Source: Candidatus Bathyarchaeota archaeon
GTDB lineage: Archaea > Thermoproteota > Bathyarchaeia > Bathyarchaeales > Bathycorpusculaceae
Direction: 5' to 3'
NCBI GenBank assembly: GCA_963770935.1
Contig: CAVYRJ010000011.1
Span: 64,001 to 128,000, forward strand
DNA: 64,000 bases
Below, one piece after another: positions 58,952-64,000 of this stretch. The position numbers and the translations under genes are program-made. Under the pieces are notes generated by a model. It had not been told where the DNA came from. It ran no database searches and saw only the letters and a program-made list of their open reading frames with translations. The number at the start of each line of letters is the position of its first letter. The stretch's first letter is position 1.

Positions 58952-59138
58952 TCCTACACCAAAGACTTTCTGAATCTATAGCCCTTTTGTTATCTTATTC
59001 CTTCTTTTAAGGCACTTACACTAACAATGTTCTTGACCAACCAAAAAGGCATTAACGACATTTATGCAATCTCTTGGTGACAGAGCCTTCAACTCTGAGT
59101 CTCTTGAACAACTATTTTACTGAAGGGATTTTAGGACT

Positions 59139-60390
59139 TTACTCTGTGTAATTGCTATTTTTTTCGTTGTTCTTCACTTTTCTAAATAGCAGAAACACAG
59201 TCGCAAATGCAGCTAAACTTGCGACTGTAATAATCACGACTGTTTGTTGGATGAGGTCTTTTTGGTCAGCGTTTGTCTCTGTATCTGTAGTGTTATCGTT
59301 TGGTTGGTAGTTTATCGGTGGCGTGGTAGATGAGGAGTCGAAGATGGTAGTTGCAGATTGTGCTGTCGCTGATGGTGAAGCTGGGTTGCCCTGCTGATTT
59401 GGCGGTGATTGTGAAGGTTTTGGTGTAGGTTTTAGTTTGATCTCGCTCATGTTTAGGGGGCTCCCTCCTTGGTAACACCAGAAAACCTGTCCGTCGTCAG
59501 CCCAAACATAAGCATTAACGTAAACCACGTTTCCGCTAAATTCAAGAAGTACACTCCAGAATGGGTAGAGTGCATTATAGTTTCTGGGGTAGCTTCCTAA
59601 ATTGGCTGTCTCTTTGGTTACCGTTATATTGAATTTGCTTATCCAGTTACTGATGTACTGCTTGGCGTTGTCTATGGCTTGCTCTTTTGATATGTTTACC
59701 TCTGTGCCTCCAATTGGGTATGCAGCTCGGTTATCTTCAATGTTCTTCAAGACACCATTGTCAAAAGTTATGCTGACATGGTTAAAAACAACTCCATTTC
59801 GAGATATTGTCCACGCGAAGTTTGTTGAGTTTATCGAGTTAGAGGCATTTATGGTTGGAGGGAAAGTTGTAGGAATTGACATTTTTGAAACACTTAAGTT
59901 AATGTCTCCTTGGGTAACGTTCATTGTTTTAGTTTCATCGACAAGTGACAGCATCCTAACGAGATCAGATGAATCAATGCCAATACATTCTCCAAGTTTA
60001 CCAAGGACCCGCGCAGCCACCTGAGCCATATTCGCATTGGCATAGGTGTAGTCGCTTATGGGTGAACCTGAAAGGGGCTGAATACCGCATTGCTTTAAAA
60101 CGCCGTTCATAAACACGAATACAACATGTATTGTGCTGGAGTTTGATTTCAAGTCGTAAGTAACGCTCTCCCATTTAGTTGGATCGTTGGGTCCCGAGGG
60201 AAGAGAGTATTCGCTGCGAAAAACGATGGAATATTGGTTCATGTCAAAGGGCAGAACGTTGTTGATGTAGGTTTGCGATTTTTCCTGAAGTATAGATGTG
60301 TCTGAGGAAACGTAAGAAAATTGCCCAAATGGAATAACCATTGTTAAGCAAACCAATCATCACTAAAACTGTTTTCTTAGAAGGTTTCAT
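59139..60390 (-). CDS. Surface protein: signal peptide, ectodomain, Pro/Ser/Thr linker and C-terminal TM (frameshift near 60355)
   Basis: MKPSKKTVLVM / LVCLTMVIPF signal; many N-x-S/T sequons; PTPKPSQSPP linker; VVIITVASLAAFATVFLLFRKVK anchor. Confidence 0.8.
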
Positions 60391-60545
60391 TTTACAACGC
60401 TGCCCTAATACGGTGTAGAAATGAACTTGTATTTAGCTCTCCTTAAGGAACAGATTGTTCCAAAAGAGGAACAGCAGCATTCAAACGTTTCCCACAGGCC
60501 ATAACCGTCTTGAGTTGCCATATAGTAATATAGCTACTAAGACAT

Positions 60546-61276
60546 GTGAATTGTTATATGCGTAAGATTAAAGGCTCAAGCAGCTACCTCAAAAACCAAG
60601 TAAGAAAAAACCTTGCCAAAGCGGCTCTTAGCGCACTCATATTTGCGGCTGTCTTTTCAATTTTGATTTACAGAATTCTATCGACGCTTCAAATTGGCTT
60701 TTTTGAAGAAGCAGGTTTCGTTTTCTTAATTGCACCACTAGTTGCTTTCTACTTTTATCTGCGTAAGTACCACATCTACAACGGCGGTTGGCAAGGCGAA
60801 AAACAAGTCGCCAAACTCTTAAGCAACACATTGAGCGATGATTATTATCTATTAAATGACTTGTATCTGCGTGATGGCGGAGGAGATATCGACCACATCG
60901 TCTTGGGACCCAATGGGGTTTTCGTTTTGGAGACCAAAAACTGGAGCGGCAGCATTTCTTGCAACGGCGACGAATGGCAACGAGCTGGCAAACGCAACTT
61001 TTCAGGCAGCCCAAGTCGACAGGTGAAGCGAAACGCAGCCAAAATCAAGCAATTAATCGACAACTCCCCAAATCTAAGACAGTTGGGCATATGGGTTGAA
61101 GGTATAGTTGTCTTCACAAACAAACATGTCGACGCTTCATGTAAACAACTCCACTGTGCCTATCCTTAAGCTTACGCAACTTCCCAGCCACCTAATTGCT
61201 CATAGAAATTCTAGGATCATCTCTCACTGAACAGCTAGAAGCCATCGGACAAGAAATCCTTAAACATAAACATTAA
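60546..61276 (+). CDS. Membrane-anchored NERD nuclease-domain protein (C-terminal frameshifts)
   Basis: Two TM helices, GWQGE, DIDHIVLGPNGVFVLETKNWSG, SPSRQ. Confidence 0.85.
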
Positions 61277-61962
61277 TGCTACAGTTAGGTGGCGTAATTT
61301 TTAGCCATGCTCTTCTTTTCACGAACGCAAAAGATGTAATTGTAGTTATCAGTAGGGTACCAATTAGAAAAGAATTGAAAAAAAGTAGCGAAGGGTTTTG
61401 AGCTGTCCAAATTGAGATGGACGCCAAAATATAGAGCGAAATTATTCCAGTGAACAATTGCAGAGCATGAAGAATTCTTCTTGCTTGACAGGCTCTTGAC
61501 TTTACCCAGTTCAAGCAGGTTTCGATTCTTTCTGAAACATCAGGCAAATCGTCCAGCAGCAAAGCTAACCCAGCCAAAATAAAAAAACGCCCACATTAAC
61601 AGCTAAGTCACTTGAAGTAATCAGAAAGAGGCTAATCAGAGAGACAGGACGTAAACAACACGACAAAAACCAAGCCGACAAGCAAGACAAAGAGAGCCGT
61701 ATACATAATGGTGAAACAAGAAACGCCCTGTATGTAAGGCTCGGCCGATTGCAGCGCTGGGAAAGATATTGATTACTGCTGCGGCAAGTGCCAGCCAAAA
61801 GAGGTTGCCGTCAAGCAGATATGGTGCGTAGGGATGCCAATATGGGTAAGCTCTGTAATAGCCAAAGATGATCCCAGCAACACATGCTATTGTGATTAGT
61901 GCATTGAAGATTAACGCTAAACTGAATATTTTCTTTAAGATTACTCCGACGGAACCAGCCAT
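61260..61962 (-). CDS. Hypothetical multi-TM membrane protein (frameshifted)
   Basis: Three overlapping hydrophobic ORFs containing LHTGRFLFHHYVYG and GLALLLDDLPDVS. Confidence 0.65.
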
Positions 61963-62064
61963 TTTTATGCCGTAACCCTATATAAAGCCCTTTAACTTTA
62001 AATTTTTATTAAGAAAGTCTGCTTAACCATCTTTTATAAGTAACGCATGTTAGGAGAAAAAACT

Positions 62065-62761
62065 ATGAAGTTTGAAATTAAATATAAACCATCATACGCC
62101 ATGCTGGTTGCTACCATAGACCAAGGCGAAACCATAACGGCGGAATCAGGCGCATTAACCTACATGACCCCAAACATTGAAGTACACACACGCAAACGTG
62201 AAAAAAGCCTCCTTGGATCGTTGGGTTTAACCCTTATAGGCGGGCAATCATTTTGGGTAAACGACTACACAGCCACCAACGGGTCGGGAGAAGCAGCTTT
62301 TGTTGCTGCACCAGTCGGCGACATCAAGCAACTGGATATTGCACCCGGGAAGCGGTTACGTTATTCAGAAATCCGCCTACATCGCATCTACGTCAGGCAT
62401 CGATTTAGACGTGAAATGGGAAGGCTTCACTAAAGGTCTCTTTGGTCAAGGACTGTTTATGCTTAAAGCCACGGTAGCGGACAGATGTTCATAAACACTT
62501 TTGGCGCAATAGACACTCACACTTTGCAGCCTGGACAAACCTTAATTGTTGACAACTTCCATCTTGTCGGCTTTAGCGAAAGCTGCAGCTACAAAGTCAC
62601 GCGGCTTGGCGGACTAAAAGAAACTTTACTTAGCGGCGAAGGCTTAGTCACCCAAATCACAGGACCAGGAGAGGTCCACATCCAAACAAAGAACCTGCAA
62701 GAATTCACACGAGTGGCTTTGGACTCTGCTTGAACCCAAAGTGCGTTCGACTGCAAGGTAA
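62065..62761 (+). CDS. AIM24/TIGR00266 family protein (frameshifted)
   Basis: AESGAL, GGQSFWVN / GQGLFML / FGAI, IVDNFHLV, SGEGLV...GPGEVHIQTKN. Confidence 0.88.
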
Positions 62762-62813
62762 GCACAACTTTTATTTTTTTCTTTTTCTTTAGCACTTGAA
62801 CTTGGGCGAAACT

Positions 62814-63179
62814 ATGAATAGCATAGGATTAGGCATACTTGTCGGTTTCATTATTACTGTAATTCTAAGCGTAATCTACCCAGGAATCGGATACATTCTC
62901 GGCGGTTTCTTAGGCGGAATAATCGCTGGACTCATCGCTAGAGGCGTATTAGGCGGTTCGATTGCTGGTTTTCTCTCAGGAGTATTTAGCGCAATAGCGT
63001 TGGCGATTCTGTCGTTTCTAGGCTTTATTGTTGTAGGCGGTATCACCCATGGCGTTCTTGGAGTACTGTTTGGAGGCTTAGCAGGATTAGCCCTTGGCAT
63101 AATCGTTCTTATCTTGGGCGTTCTTGTCTCGGTATTATCTGCAATCGGCGGTTTAATTGGCGGCGCAATAACAAGGTAA
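62814..63179 (+). CDS. Gly-rich small membrane protein (DUF5518-like)
   Basis: GGFLGGIIAG...AIGGLIGG repeated GxxxG helices. Confidence 0.75.
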   Translation: MNSIGLGILVGFIITVILSVIYPGIGYILGGFLGGIIAGLIARGVLGGSIAGFLSGVFSAIALAILSFLGFIVVGGITHGVLGVLFGGLAGLALGIIVLILGVLVSVLSAIGGLIGGAITR

Positions 63180-63186
63180 GACGTGT

Positions 63187-64000
63187 TTATCTGTCAAGCA
63201 TGAAGGTTTTCTCATGTGTTGCCTGCTCTGGAATACGGTCCAGAATCATTTTTTCCTCTGGCTTTTTGCTTAAAACGATTGGCGATAGTTGCCCAGCCAA
63301 CTTCATCGCAGAAGACAACTTGCTGCTTCTCTCCGCGTAGATTTCAAACAAGACACCATTTTTGTGTACGGTGCCGCCGAGCTTTGCATGTAAAACAACA
63401 CCTGCACCTTTCTCTTTGGGTGCTCCAGCTTCACGGGCAATCCGCACAATATCGTCTGTGCTTAGCCAGAGAACTTTGCCAGCTTGCTCCGAACGCACCA
63501 CAGCCGATTCAGATCCAACAGGCAAATCTTCAGGTTTAACATCTGGGTTTCCGCCTTGTGCAGCGATGATTTCACGCATCTTCTTCATTGCTTTGCCTGA
63601 ATCAATCATATCCTCAGCCATCCCCACGAGCATTTTCCACACCAACCATTTCAAAAAGCATGCCTGCTAGGCTAACGGCTTTCTCACGCAAATCAGGCGG
63701 TCCACCACCCATAAGAGTCATCAACGCCTCCTTTGCTTCCAACGCTGGTCCGATGCCACAGCCTAAAGGTTGGTCTCCAAAAGTTAAGGCACATTGGATG
63801 TTTAATCCTAAACGTTTTCCCAAATCCACAAAATCCGAAGCCAAAGTGTAGGCTTCTGTCCGCGTTTTGATTTTGGCTCCCATGCCTGTTGGGATGTCAA
63901 TGGCGACATGGGTGGCTCCGATGGCTTTTTTCTTGCTTAGAATCGAGGGCAAAAGCATGGGGTCGATTCCTAATGGGTATTCAACTTGGATGAATAGGTC
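63187..64000 (-). CDS. AMP phosphorylase, 3' part (frameshift near 63615; runs off the window)
   Basis: EYPLGIDP, SILSKK, IDIPTG, QPLGCGIGPALEA, IIAAQGG, AGAPKEKGAG. Confidence 0.9.

Noticed and set aside
1-64000. CRISPR arrays, tRNA/rRNA genes, transposases and integrases
   Set aside because: None seen by eye: no regularly spaced repeats, cloverleaf or T-loop context, or DDE/tyrosine-recombinase motifs. A tRNAscan-SE/Infernal run would be needed to exclude them fully.

Overview
Gene-dense archaeal chromosome segment, most consistent with Bathyarchaeia (TACK). This is an inference from gene content: TFE alpha/beta, aTrm56, MBF1, NAC, archaeal ThrRS/ProRS, CDC48, FEN-1, EF-1beta, KEOPS genes, uS15-GAN-Pcc1, a FOR-type tungstoenzyme, arcadin-1, NfnAB and AMP phosphorylase. 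I found no rRNA, tRNA, CRISPR array or transposase. About 14 genes, including normally essential ones (bud32, NAC, trm5), carry single-base frameshifts, most likely long-read consensus errors, so split ORFs were joined by reading across frames. Most notable observations: (1) a membrane-spanning winged-helix regulator (7432-8752) whose whole extracellular domain is colinearly homologous to a stand-alone anchored surface protein 51 kb away (59139-60390), with a perfect 17-bp palindrome upstream of the regulator; (2) a probable [ferredoxin-MvhD]x2-NfnA fusion with an altered nucleotide-binding loop upstream of nfnB; (3) a fluoride riboswitch leading a crcB-DUF190 operon broken by an internal deletion; (4) an HTH/S-layer-like regulator divergent from glmS, with two 22-bp repeats 84 bp apart; (5) several Cys/His microproteins missing from the ORF track. 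All family assignments come from motif recognition, not database searches.
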